64,000 nucleotides of DNA from Lachnospiraceae bacterium (lineage in GTDB: Bacteria; Bacillota; Clostridia; Lachnospirales; Lachnospiraceae), in NCBI GenBank assembly GCA_017936785.1, contig JAGBEV010000036.1:18408-82407 (forward strand), given 5' to 3'. The translations under genes were made by a program, and so were the position numbers. This document shows positions 20,018 to 28,512 of this stretch, piece by piece. Every line of letters begins with the position of its first letter. The first letter of the stretch is position 1. The notes under the pieces are model-generated. The model was not told the origin of the DNA and ran no database searches. It saw only the letters and a program-made list of their open reading frames with translations.

Positions 20018-21044
20018 TTACTACACCTCCTGTCCTCATGGATTCCTTGACCGCCATTGCCATTTTCAGGCTGACAATGCCATCTTCTAATGTAATTGTC
20101 TCTTCCTTATTCTCTTCCATACAGGAAAGAAACAGCTTTAATTCTTCTATAAACATATCATTTCTGGCAAACTGTGGAAATGCTGCCTGTTCCGTCACAT
20201 CAGATACTGTTTTTGTCACAAGGGCATTGATCAGATCTGCCTCGATCTGCCCTTTTTCCCCTACAACCTTAATAAAACGGCTGGGCGGGCTTTGATAAAA
20301 GTCCGCATGGACATTGACAGAAACCCTGCTGCCTTCCTTCCCTTCCATAACAAACAGAGCATCACAGTTATCCTCCACATCGATTCCCAGACTGCCCAGG
20401 GTTCCTCCTATGGCATAAACACTTAAAGGCTTGCCGAAAAGATAATAGAGATAATCCATTTCATGGACCAGCTGATTCGTTACCACGCCGCCGCCCATAT
20501 CCTTTCTTGCCATATAGGTATCCTTATAGTCCTCATAGGTATGCATGGTGGTAAGCCTTTCTCCTACAACGGAATGTACTGACAGTATCCTGCCCAGCTC
20601 ACCGCTCTCCACAACCTCTTTTACCATACGGATCGCCGGATGAAAACGGTTCTGATAACCTACAAATACCTTTATGCCGCTTTCTTTTACCGCTTGTTTT
20701 AATTCATCAATTCCCGTCAGGTCATCGGAAATGGGTTTTTCCAAAAACAGATGACACCCTGCCTTTGCACACTTTATGGCACAGGGAATGTGCATATTGG
20801 TGGGATTGGTAATAAACGCTGCGTCAGGCTTTTGTGCCAGCGCCTCATCCAGATCACCAAAGGCTGTAATATGAAATTCATCCTCCAGACATACATTGTC
20901 ACGGATCTGCATGGCATCTGAAAAGGTACGCTGCAAACCTCTGACCCGGTATGCAATGATCTCTGCATCTTCTCCCAATACTCTTTTAATGTTTCTCAAA
21001 TGTCTCTGACCGATGCTGCCGAGACCGATCATCAAAATCTTCAT
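20004..21044 (-). CDS. Gfo/Idh/MocA oxidoreductase (PtmF-like)
   Basis: IGLGSIGQRH, LEKP, VGYQNRFHP, GGGV...HEMDY. Confidence 0.82.
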   Translation of the reverse strand: MKILMIGLGSIGQRHLRNIKRVLGEDAEIIAYRVRGLQRTFSDAMQIRDNVCLEDEFHITAFGDLDEALAQKPDAAFITNPTNMHIPCAIKCAKAGCHLFLEKPISDDLTGIDELKQAVKESGIKVFVGYQNRFHPAIRMVKEVVESGELGRILSVHSVVGERLTTMHTYEDYKDTYMARKDMGGGVVTNQLVHEMDYLYYLFGKPLSVYAIGGTLGSLGIDVEDNCDALFVMEGKEGSRVSVNVHADFYQSPPSRFIKVVGEKGQIEADLINALVTKTVSDVTEQAAFPQFARNDMFIEELKLFLSCMEENKEETITLEDGIVSLKMAMAVKESMRTGGVVNVGL

Positions 21045-21411
21045 TTCCTTGTATTTCCCTTTCCTTTATCAGATTTTCTATTTTTTCTTCATTTAAAGCT
21101 ACTGCCTGTGCCAGCTTTCTGACCCTTTCGGACATGCGGGACAAAGTAACGGTCAGAATAAAAATGATCATCAGGGAAAAACAGAATCCCAGGAAAAAGA
21201 TCATATTGACCGGTGCCCAGATACCCAGCGCATAGGAAAGCTTTGCCAAAAGTGCAGGAAAACAATCCAGGATCAAAACAAATGCAATGGCGATCAGCCA
21301 GGACAGGGCATATTTTAATTCCAGCTTTCTCTGCCTGATCATATTCACAATGGCGATCAGCGCAATGACCAGAAATACGCCGATGATCAGTTGTAATTTT
21401 AAAGTCATCAT
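20986..21411 (-). CDS. DUF2304 small membrane protein (GacJ-like)
   Basis: Three TM helices, LELKYALSW and C-terminal LSRMSERVRKLAQAVAL; directly follows a DPM1-like GT2. Confidence 0.8.
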   Translation of the reverse strand: MMTLKLQLIIGVFLVIALIAIVNMIRQRKLELKYALSWLIAIAFVLILDCFPALLAKLSYALGIWAPVNMIFFLGFCFSLMIIFILTVTLSRMSERVRKLAQAVALNEEKIENLIKEREIQGNEDFDDRSRQHRSETFEKH

Positions 21412-21418
21412 TATCTTT

Positions 21419-22108
21419 TCACTTCCTCAACATTTCTACCAGAATTGCCAGAGTTACCTTTACCATATAATAAACGCTTCTCAGAGGGGAAATAGAAGAC
21501 ACGCCTTCTGTTCTTTCCCTCATGACTACAGGATATTCTCCCACGGTTTTTCCCATATTCAAAATGGCGACCACGCTTTCCGGTTCCGGATAATCCTTAG
21601 GATAGGATTCTGCATAAATCTCAATGATATCCCGGTCCACCATGCGCATACCCGAAGTGGGATCTGTTACCCGGGTTTTGGTCAGAAGCCTGATCAGCCC
21701 GGAAAAATACCGGATTCCGAAACGCCTGATTCCCGAAGACTGAAAACCTTCTTTTTCAATAAACCGGGAACCGATCAGCATATTCAGCTTATGCTCTATC
21801 ATATAATCCCGCATCTCATGGAGAAATCTGGCATCATGCTGTCCGTCTCCGTCAAACTGTACCGCAAAATCATAGCCGTTTTTATAGGCATAACGGTATC
21901 CTGTCTGGACTGCCCCGCCGATTCCCAGATTGATAGGCAGATTCAGCACATGCATTCCCTTTTCCATGCAGACCTTCAAAGTAGCATCCCTGGAACAGTC
22001 ATTGACAATGACATAATCGAATTCCGGCGCATTCTGCCTGATATCTTCCACAGTTTTCTCTATGCTTTTTTCTTCGTTATAAGCAGGTATGATCACAATA
22101 CTTTTCAT
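21419..22108 (-). CDS. DPM1-like GT2 (GacI-like polyprenyl-phosphate sugar synthase)
   Basis: IIPAYNEE, VNDCSRD, NLGIGGAVQTG, QFDGDGQHD, IGSRF, DPTSGMR, DYPEPE; 229 aa. Confidence 0.87.
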   Translation of the reverse strand: MKSIVIIPAYNEEKSIEKTVEDIRQNAPEFDYVIVNDCSRDATLKVCMEKGMHVLNLPINLGIGGAVQTGYRYAYKNGYDFAVQFDGDGQHDARFLHEMRDYMIEHKLNMLIGSRFIEKEGFQSSGIRRFGIRYFSGLIRLLTKTRVTDPTSGMRMVDRDIIEIYAESYPKDYPEPESVVAILNMGKTVGEYPVVMRERTEGVSSISPLRSVYYMVKVTLAILVEMLRK

Positions 22109-22887
22109 TCTTTTCCCTTTAGCCGGAAGGCAGCCTTTAAAAACTGCAAAAGCACCTTCATGGTTCTTTTCAGACAGATCATAAATCCATGGGGCACGTT
22201 GTTTTCCTTCAATGCCCGTTTGCTTTCCCTGAAGGAAAGGATATAACTGCCAAGACCTCCCGAACTGGTTCCTCCGTAAAACATATACACCAGCACATCA
22301 TGAATATAGGAAAGCCTTACTGTCCCATCCTGCAGTATCCTCACCATAAATTCATAATCTGCGGCAATTTTGTAATCGGTTTTATAAAAACCGTACTTTT
22401 CATAAACTTCTCTTTTCAGATAAAGGGTGGGATGAGCAGGCATCCAGCCATCCTTTATGGTCCTGCCATTGCCCATGACCCAGTGGCGTATGACATTGCC
22501 GGATTCATCCACATAATCCAGGTCCCCATGAACCCCTTGGCTGTGCTCCTGTTCCACAATATCTGCCATACGTGACAATACATCCGATGAAGCAAATTTG
22601 TCAAACATAAAGCCGATCATATCTCCTGTCGCCATGGAAATGCCTTTGTTGATAGCATCATAAATTCCTTTATCCGGCTCAGAAATCCATTTCAATTCCC
22701 ATCCGAGATGCTGCCCGAATTCCTGCTCCAGGTTTTGCAAAAATTCCACGGTGCCATCCCCTGATGCCCCATCTATAATGATATATTCTATATTGTCATA
22801 ATTTTGGTTTTTTATTCCATTTACCACTTCCTTCAGATGTTCCAGATCCTCATAGGTAGTAGTAATGACTGATATTTTTTTACTCAC
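22105..22887 (-). CDS. GT2 glycosyltransferase (WfgS-like)
   Basis: IIDGASGDGT, SEPDKGIYDAINKG, GWMPAHP, YKIAADYE; GTG start with GGAGG RBS. Confidence 0.88.
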   Translation of the reverse strand: MSKKISVITTTYEDLEHLKEVVNGIKNQNYDNIEYIIIDGASGDGTVEFLQNLEQEFGQHLGWELKWISEPDKGIYDAINKGISMATGDMIGFMFDKFASSDVLSRMADIVEQEHSQGVHGDLDYVDESGNVIRHWVMGNGRTIKDGWMPAHPTLYLKREVYEKYGFYKTDYKIAADYEFMVRILQDGTVRLSYIHDVLVYMFYGGTSSGGLGSYILSFRESKRALKENNVPHGFMICLKRTMKVLLQFLKAAFRLKGKE

Positions 22888-24145
22888 CGGTTTCCTCCAC
22901 ATGAGCAGTTTCTAATTTTCCTTCATCAATAAGCCAGCAGAGCGTGCTGTAGATCACATCCCCGATCTGGTCATAGCCGCCGGCAGAAGGATGTACCCCC
23001 TGGACAGGCATGGAATCCAATACTTCCGAATGGGGATTTTCTCTGATCTCACTTTGATCAAAACCATAATCCCTGTCAAACATTACTGCCGCAGGCACAA
23101 TGGTCACATTATCATAATCAGCCAGTTCCTTCTCCAGCTCTCCGATCAGATTAAATATCATCTGACTTCGTGCCAGGGACCACATGCCATGAAGACCTTC
23201 AAATCCCTGTATATTCTGCTGCCTTGCCATGCCGTCCTGATAGGAAGGATAAATAGGCTGTACAACCATGATCTGAATATCAGGATCAGCTTCCCTGATT
23301 CTATTTACGATCTCAACGATACTTCCTGAATTTCCCACAGGGTCCATTTCCAATCCGTTGGTTCCCAGAAACACCTGTACCACATCCGGCTCCAGACCTG
23401 TACTTTGTTTATAATAATTCCAATCAAATTCCTTTGTCTGCGGATTGATAAAAGGGTGGTCCGCAGGCTCTCCGTAAAGGGTTCCTTCCAGATAATCAAG
23501 AGCGGTAATTCCCGGACGTCCTTCATTCATCAGACCTTCCGTATCTCCCAAAGTTCCCAGATGTGACAGCTTGTCCCCTGATAAAAACCTGGTATAGGAA
23601 AGCCAGTCGGTGCTGGCGCTCATGCTGTCTCCGATGGTAAGCATGGACAGGCTTCCCGTCCCTTCCTCCGAAAAGACATTGGGAACAACATGAAGAGTAG
23701 TCCGGGCACTTGCAACTTCTGAAAGGTGCAGATCATATACATGGAGAGTGAGCGTATACTCTCCCACATCCTCTGCATCCGCATGGATACGGTATTTTTC
23801 CTCCATGCAGTCTCCTACTTCGCATTCCCAGTAAAAATCATAATCCTCCAGGTTGACACCGCTGCTTACACAATCATCATAAATTTCCATGGTCAGCCCT
23901 GCACATACATAGATATCCTCAGGAAGATATAAAACAGGAATTTCCTCCTCCGCCTTTTTCTCCACTTCAGCGCTTACCTGTTCAATGGCAGCCGAATTAT
24001 CTGAAATCTCAATATTTAAATCCTCTATGGCATGAGCCATTTCATCATTTGCTTTCTTCAGTTCTCCGATCACAAAGGCTTCCGTAACACAGCAGATCAC
24101 GATCATCAGCATCAATATCAATGAAAGTACTCTTTTTTTACCCAT
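22880..24145 (-). CDS. Membrane-anchored SGNH/GDSL hydrolase-family protein
   Basis: N-terminal TM plus coiled coil; IGDS (block I), LGTN (block III), QGVHP (block V). Confidence 0.75.
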   Translation of the reverse strand: MGKKRVLSLILMLMIVICCVTEAFVIGELKKANDEMAHAIEDLNIEISDNSAAIEQVSAEVEKKAEEEIPVLYLPEDIYVCAGLTMEIYDDCVSSGVNLEDYDFYWECEVGDCMEEKYRIHADAEDVGEYTLTLHVYDLHLSEVASARTTLHVVPNVFSEEGTGSLSMLTIGDSMSASTDWLSYTRFLSGDKLSHLGTLGDTEGLMNEGRPGITALDYLEGTLYGEPADHPFINPQTKEFDWNYYKQSTGLEPDVVQVFLGTNGLEMDPVGNSGSIVEIVNRIREADPDIQIMVVQPIYPSYQDGMARQQNIQGFEGLHGMWSLARSQMIFNLIGELEKELADYDNVTIVPAAVMFDRDYGFDQSEIRENPHSEVLDSMPVQGVHPSAGGYDQIGDVIYSTLCWLIDEGKLETAHVEETGE

Positions 24146-26395
24146 CTATCTTTCCTCCCCGGTAAAAGACACTACTCTTAGTTTACACCAAAATCCCATA
24201 AATAGGAAGATTAGGAATATAAGGGAAACAAAAATTATATATTTTCCTGCGGAAGTATAGCTTTCCCTGCTTTCTTCAGATATGGAAAACAGCAAAGATG
24301 CTGTCATGATCTGCTTCCCGCTGCCCTCTGTATCCGTTTTTAAGTAAAGCTGCCCTGCCGGATAAGGCGTATATCCATACATATCATATATCACAAATTC
24401 CAGATCATGGTCAGGCTCTCCTGCGATCTTGCACAGACTGATCTCGTAATCCCCCTTCTTTGGAATCACCTTTTCAAAATCATAAATTCCTGCACCATTA
24501 TATCCTGTTCCCCGGGCATGAATCTCTTCTTCAAACAGAATTTCCCCATCTGTTTCCCGCAGCTGCACCCGGTAAACTGCCGTACTTTCTTCCAGGTCAG
24601 GATTCCTCCACTGGATGATCATGCGGTTAAAGGGCTGGGTTAAATGCAGTGTCTGTACCATTTCCTCTCCGTCGTCCACCGTATAAGAAGTATTGGCAAG
24701 AATCTGCACTGCCACAGGATGAGACTGCTCTATGGGGGTATCCGTTATTTTGGAAAAACGTGCCGCTGCCCAGATAACAAAGACTGCCGCCCCGGTCCAT
24801 GCACAAAAAGCAGCTCCCTTTTGTACAACTGCCTTCCGCCCCTGCAATGCCTTACTTCCCTCTGCCAATCCCCCAAAGGCAAGACATGACATAATCATCA
24901 TAAATGGCACGCTGTACTGTTCAGAAGCCTCCCACAATACATAAAATAAAATTGCCCCAAACAGAATCAACAGCAGGAAAAAACCGCCGAAGTCCACCTT
25001 TTGATACCGAAAGCACTGATAGATCCAGCTTCCGGCATACAGCAAAATCCCCAGCAGCAAAAACAGATAATATCCCTGATGCCAGAGGATCACAAAGTCC
25101 CTATGTCCTCCGAACACTGCTTCATACAAACCGTCTGTCCTCAGGGCATCTGCCAAAAATGTCGTATAGCCATTCATTCCCGTACCAAAGGTATTCCTTA
25201 CCTTGGTCTTAACCAGTGATAAATAATCTCCTGCGCTCATGGCATCCAGCTTTTCCCTCATCCGCAATGCCACAGCCTCTTTTTTCTCTTCTTTCGTAGG
25301 GAAAGATGCTGTATAAGCCTCATCCTCCCCGTTATGGCTGCCCGGCATGGTCAAAGACATCATCAGCCAGTGGCTGGTCGGGAATGCCGTATCCTCCGTA
25401 TCAATGCCCACATATGATTTCTGCACAACCGAAAGTGTTCCTGCAGACAGACATGCCGTCAAACCTATGATTCCCAGACACAGCAGAATCCTTTTTGCTG
25501 TTTTCTTTTCCTGTCCCCACAAAAGCCATAATCCTGTAAAAAACACTGCAATTCCCAAAATCACTGCCGTCGCCCGCAATTCATAGCCGCCGCCTAAGAG
25601 AATGCCTGCGAGAAAAGCCGTGCCGCCGATTCTTCCCACACCCCATTTTGCAGTCTGGTCCCCTTCTGTCATGGAAAAGACCAGATACAAAAATCCCATG
25701 GTCAAAGGCAGCGACAGGGTAATGGTATAATAATAAGACACACCTACATATAAAAAGGGATTGCACACAAGGAGCATGAAAATCCTGCAAAGTTCCCAAT
25801 CCTGCAAATCTTTCTTCCACCTTTTCAATATGGGAATGACCAGCAGCAGCGCCCCATCCAGACAGACGGTATTTAATAGATTAAAAAGCAGCGGTCTTTC
25901 TGCCACACTGATGCCAAGAAGATTGCCCAGCCTGACCAGAACAGCCGTGATCAGCACAAAAGTATTTTGATTGGGATAGACAGACAGATAATAAAAGGCT
26001 TCCTCCGCCACATTTCCCGTTTCTGCCAAAGAAGCCGCCCCGCCAATCACAAAGCCGCTGTCCCATTTATAATAGCTTCTCACATAAAACAAAAAATAAC
26101 ATTGTACCAGAACCATTACCAGGATCATTCCGGTATAAAAAAGTTTTAAGACCCGCTTCGAACACCCGGAAAACAACCTGCCCGAAGCAATATAAAGTAA
26201 AAGAAAAAAAAGAACCGCCAGTCCGCATAGAACCGCCAGCTCCGATGATCCCGCAAAAGAATACAGAAATTCTGCATCTTCATAAAAAGTAAAACCGCCT
26301 GCAAACAGGCAAAAAAGGGTAACAAAAAGAAGAGCCATAGCGATCATGGCTGCAACCTGTAATGTTCTGCTGCCTATTTTCCTTACTCTTCCCAT
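24146..26395 (-). CDS. Polytopic GT-C-like protein with C-terminal external domain (paralogue of 13857-15968)
   Basis: YKWD loop motif, YPNQ, FPTSHWLMMS, WEASEQYS; many TM segments. Confidence 0.65.
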   Translation of the reverse strand: MGRVRKIGSRTLQVAAMIAMALLFVTLFCLFAGGFTFYEDAEFLYSFAGSSELAVLCGLAVLFFLLLYIASGRLFSGCSKRVLKLFYTGMILVMVLVQCYFLFYVRSYYKWDSGFVIGGAASLAETGNVAEEAFYYLSVYPNQNTFVLITAVLVRLGNLLGISVAERPLLFNLLNTVCLDGALLLVIPILKRWKKDLQDWELCRIFMLLVCNPFLYVGVSYYYTITLSLPLTMGFLYLVFSMTEGDQTAKWGVGRIGGTAFLAGILLGGGYELRATAVILGIAVFFTGLWLLWGQEKKTAKRILLCLGIIGLTACLSAGTLSVVQKSYVGIDTEDTAFPTSHWLMMSLTMPGSHNGEDEAYTASFPTKEEKKEAVALRMREKLDAMSAGDYLSLVKTKVRNTFGTGMNGYTTFLADALRTDGLYEAVFGGHRDFVILWHQGYYLFLLLGILLYAGSWIYQCFRYQKVDFGGFFLLLILFGAILFYVLWEASEQYSVPFMMIMSCLAFGGLAEGSKALQGRKAVVQKGAAFCAWTGAAVFVIWAAARFSKITDTPIEQSHPVAVQILANTSYTVDDGEEMVQTLHLTQPFNRMIIQWRNPDLEESTAVYRVQLRETDGEILFEEEIHARGTGYNGAGIYDFEKVIPKKGDYEISLCKIAGEPDHDLEFVIYDMYGYTPYPAGQLYLKTDTEGSGKQIMTASLLFSISEESRESYTSAGKYIIFVSLIFLIFLFMGFWCKLRVVSFTGEER

Positions 26396-26404
26396 TGTTC
26401 TACT

Positions 26405-27640
26405 CTAAAGCTTTTCTTTTAGTATCTCCTGATAAAGCTCCAGATACTCCCCGTATCTTTTATTCTTTTCAAAATGCTCTGCCCGTTTCCGGCACGCATT
26501 ACTGTCAAATATTCCCCCGGCAGCCCTGGTAACCGCTTCAAGAAGCGCATCATAATTGCCTCTTTGTACTACAATTCCCGTATCCTCCGTGACCGCCTCG
26601 CCGCTGCCGCCCGTTGCATAGGTTACCACCGGAGTCCCACATGCCAGAGCTTCCAGATTGGTGGTGGGAAAATTGTCCTCCAGGGTAGCATTGACAAAAA
26701 CCGCCGCATTTCTGTAAGCTTCTGCTAACTCCTCAGGACTGGAGGTTCTCTCCATGGCAATGATCCTGCCCCCATATTTTTTATTCAGCTCTTTTTTCTG
26801 TTTCTTATTAACACCGATCAGCTGTATTTTATAATCCTTTGGCAGATCCTCTGCCATTTTTTCAAAATAGACCAGACCTTTTCGCAGCTCCCAGATATTG
26901 GCTACACCCAGTATGGTTTTGATCCGGTTTTCATTATCCGTCAAATTCTTTCCGGCGTTTTCCCGTTCACCGGATTTCGGACAAAACAATTCCAGATCCA
27001 CCCCATTGGGAATAACCCGAACCGGATATTCCTTTAAGAAAGACTGTTTCACCTGCTCCTTCAGCCATATGCTGGGCGTAACGATGGTAAGATCTTCCAC
27101 ACCGCAGAACGCTTTTCTCTTTCTGGAATAAGATGCTATGGTATTGTCCTTAAACAAAGCATAGGGATACACCTTTGCATGATGCACACAGGTATTGCAC
27201 CCGGTTTTCCATTTATCACATGCTGCAAAGTCATAATAGGCACAATGTCCTGTAAAACTCCAGCAGTCATGAAGGGTCCAAACTACCGGAATTTTTCTCT
27301 TCTTAATATATTCAAACAGCAGTTCTACCTGCAGATAAAACCCATGAATATTGTGAAGATGGATGATATCCGGCTTTTCCTGATCCATCCAGGCAAGAAA
27401 CCTTTTGGTAACTTCTTCGGAGCCAAAACCGCTTTCTCCCTGAAAGAAGTTTTTCATGACATGAAGATAAAAATCCTTCTTGTTGCCTACGAGAATTCCC
27501 TTGTATTCCTCCAGCCATGGTTCTCTCCCCACAGCTAATCTGGCTTCATTTCCCGAAGCTTCGATCACCTGGTACAAATCTGCCATGATCCTGCCCACAC
27601 TGCTGCCCCGGACCACAGTATTTACCTGCAAAATTTTCAT
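26405..27640 (-). CDS. GT4 glycosyltransferase (WcaC-like)
   Basis: MKILQVN, PDIIHLHNIHG, WTLHDCWSFTGHC, EDNFPTTNLEALACGTPV. Confidence 0.9.
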   Translation of the reverse strand: MKILQVNTVVRGSSVGRIMADLYQVIEASGNEARLAVGREPWLEEYKGILVGNKKDFYLHVMKNFFQGESGFGSEEVTKRFLAWMDQEKPDIIHLHNIHGFYLQVELLFEYIKKRKIPVVWTLHDCWSFTGHCAYYDFAACDKWKTGCNTCVHHAKVYPYALFKDNTIASYSRKRKAFCGVEDLTIVTPSIWLKEQVKQSFLKEYPVRVIPNGVDLELFCPKSGERENAGKNLTDNENRIKTILGVANIWELRKGLVYFEKMAEDLPKDYKIQLIGVNKKQKKELNKKYGGRIIAMERTSSPEELAEAYRNAAVFVNATLEDNFPTTNLEALACGTPVVTYATGGSGEAVTEDTGIVVQRGNYDALLEAVTRAAGGIFDSNACRKRAEHFEKNKRYGEYLELYQEILKEKL

Positions 27641-27723
27641 ATACGCACACTCTTTTTTTTGATATACTGTAATGGGCACATGCCCTTTTCTCATAACACA
27701 AAGTCAGAAAGAAGGACACATTT

Positions 27724-28512
27724 ATGTTAATAATACAACCTATCGGGGGTTTATGCAATAGAATGAGAGCCATAAATTCCGCACGGATTCTGGCAGAGAA
27801 GCGCCACGAAAAGCTGACCGTGATCTGGTTTATAAACCCGGAATTAGGGTGTCCCTTTGAAAAGATTTTTAAACCTACGGACCAGTTCAGGGTTATCAAC
27901 ATCCGCTCCAAATGGAATCTGAAAAAAATGTGGTATCAATTAACTGCCCTGGTCTTCGGAATTTTTATAGACAACGAAAATATCCGTTCCCACAAGGGGG
28001 AAGGTACATTGGATGAAGCCTTTGCCGCTTCTTTGGGCCCCTATGTATATATAGCCACGGAAGAACATTTCTATCCCTGCCATGACTATTCCGCCTTTGT
28101 GCCTGCCGAAGAAGTTATGGCAAGAATCGAAGCCAAAAAGCAGGAATTGGGAACACATTCCGTAGGGGTCCATATCCGCAGGACCGACAATATGCCTGCC
28201 ATCGGCAAAAGCTCTACCCAGAGTTTTATGGAGACCATGAATAAAGAAATCGATGCAGATCCCGATACCATGTTTTATCTGGCAACAGATGATTTTTCCG
28301 AGGAAGAGGTTTTAAGGGAACGTTTCCCCGGCAGGATCATTTCCAATCAGGAAAGGAATTTATCCAGAGACAGCATTGAGGGCATTCAGGATGCCATGCT
28401 GGATCTGTATTGTCTTGCATCTACAAAGAAGATCATCGGCAGTTTCTTTTCCTCTTTTACGGATATTGCCGCGGATATGCACCAGATTCCCAAGATTATT
28501 GCCGGGGAATAA
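27724..28512 (+). CDS. Putative GDP-fucose-dependent fucosyltransferase (FUT8/NodZ-like motifs)
   Basis: GGLCNRMR, VGVHIRRTD, FYLATDD, DLYCLAS...GSFFSSFT, matching the three conserved motifs of inverting fucosyltransferases. Confidence 0.72.
   Translation: MLIIQPIGGLCNRMRAINSARILAEKRHEKLTVIWFINPELGCPFEKIFKPTDQFRVINIRSKWNLKKMWYQLTALVFGIFIDNENIRSHKGEGTLDEAFAASLGPYVYIATEEHFYPCHDYSAFVPAEEVMARIEAKKQELGTHSVGVHIRRTDNMPAIGKSSTQSFMETMNKEIDADPDTMFYLATDDFSEEEVLRERFPGRIISNQERNLSRDSIEGIQDAMLDLYCLASTKKIIGSFFSSFTDIAADMHQIPKIIAGE

Noticed and set aside
21287-22246. 319-aa plus-strand ORF
   Set aside because: Antisense to well-supported GT2 and DUF2304 genes.
27653-27660. T8 tract between divergent GT genes as a phase-variation switch
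   Set aside because: Short for slippage in AT-rich intergenic DNA, and no convincing -35 places it in a promoter spacer.
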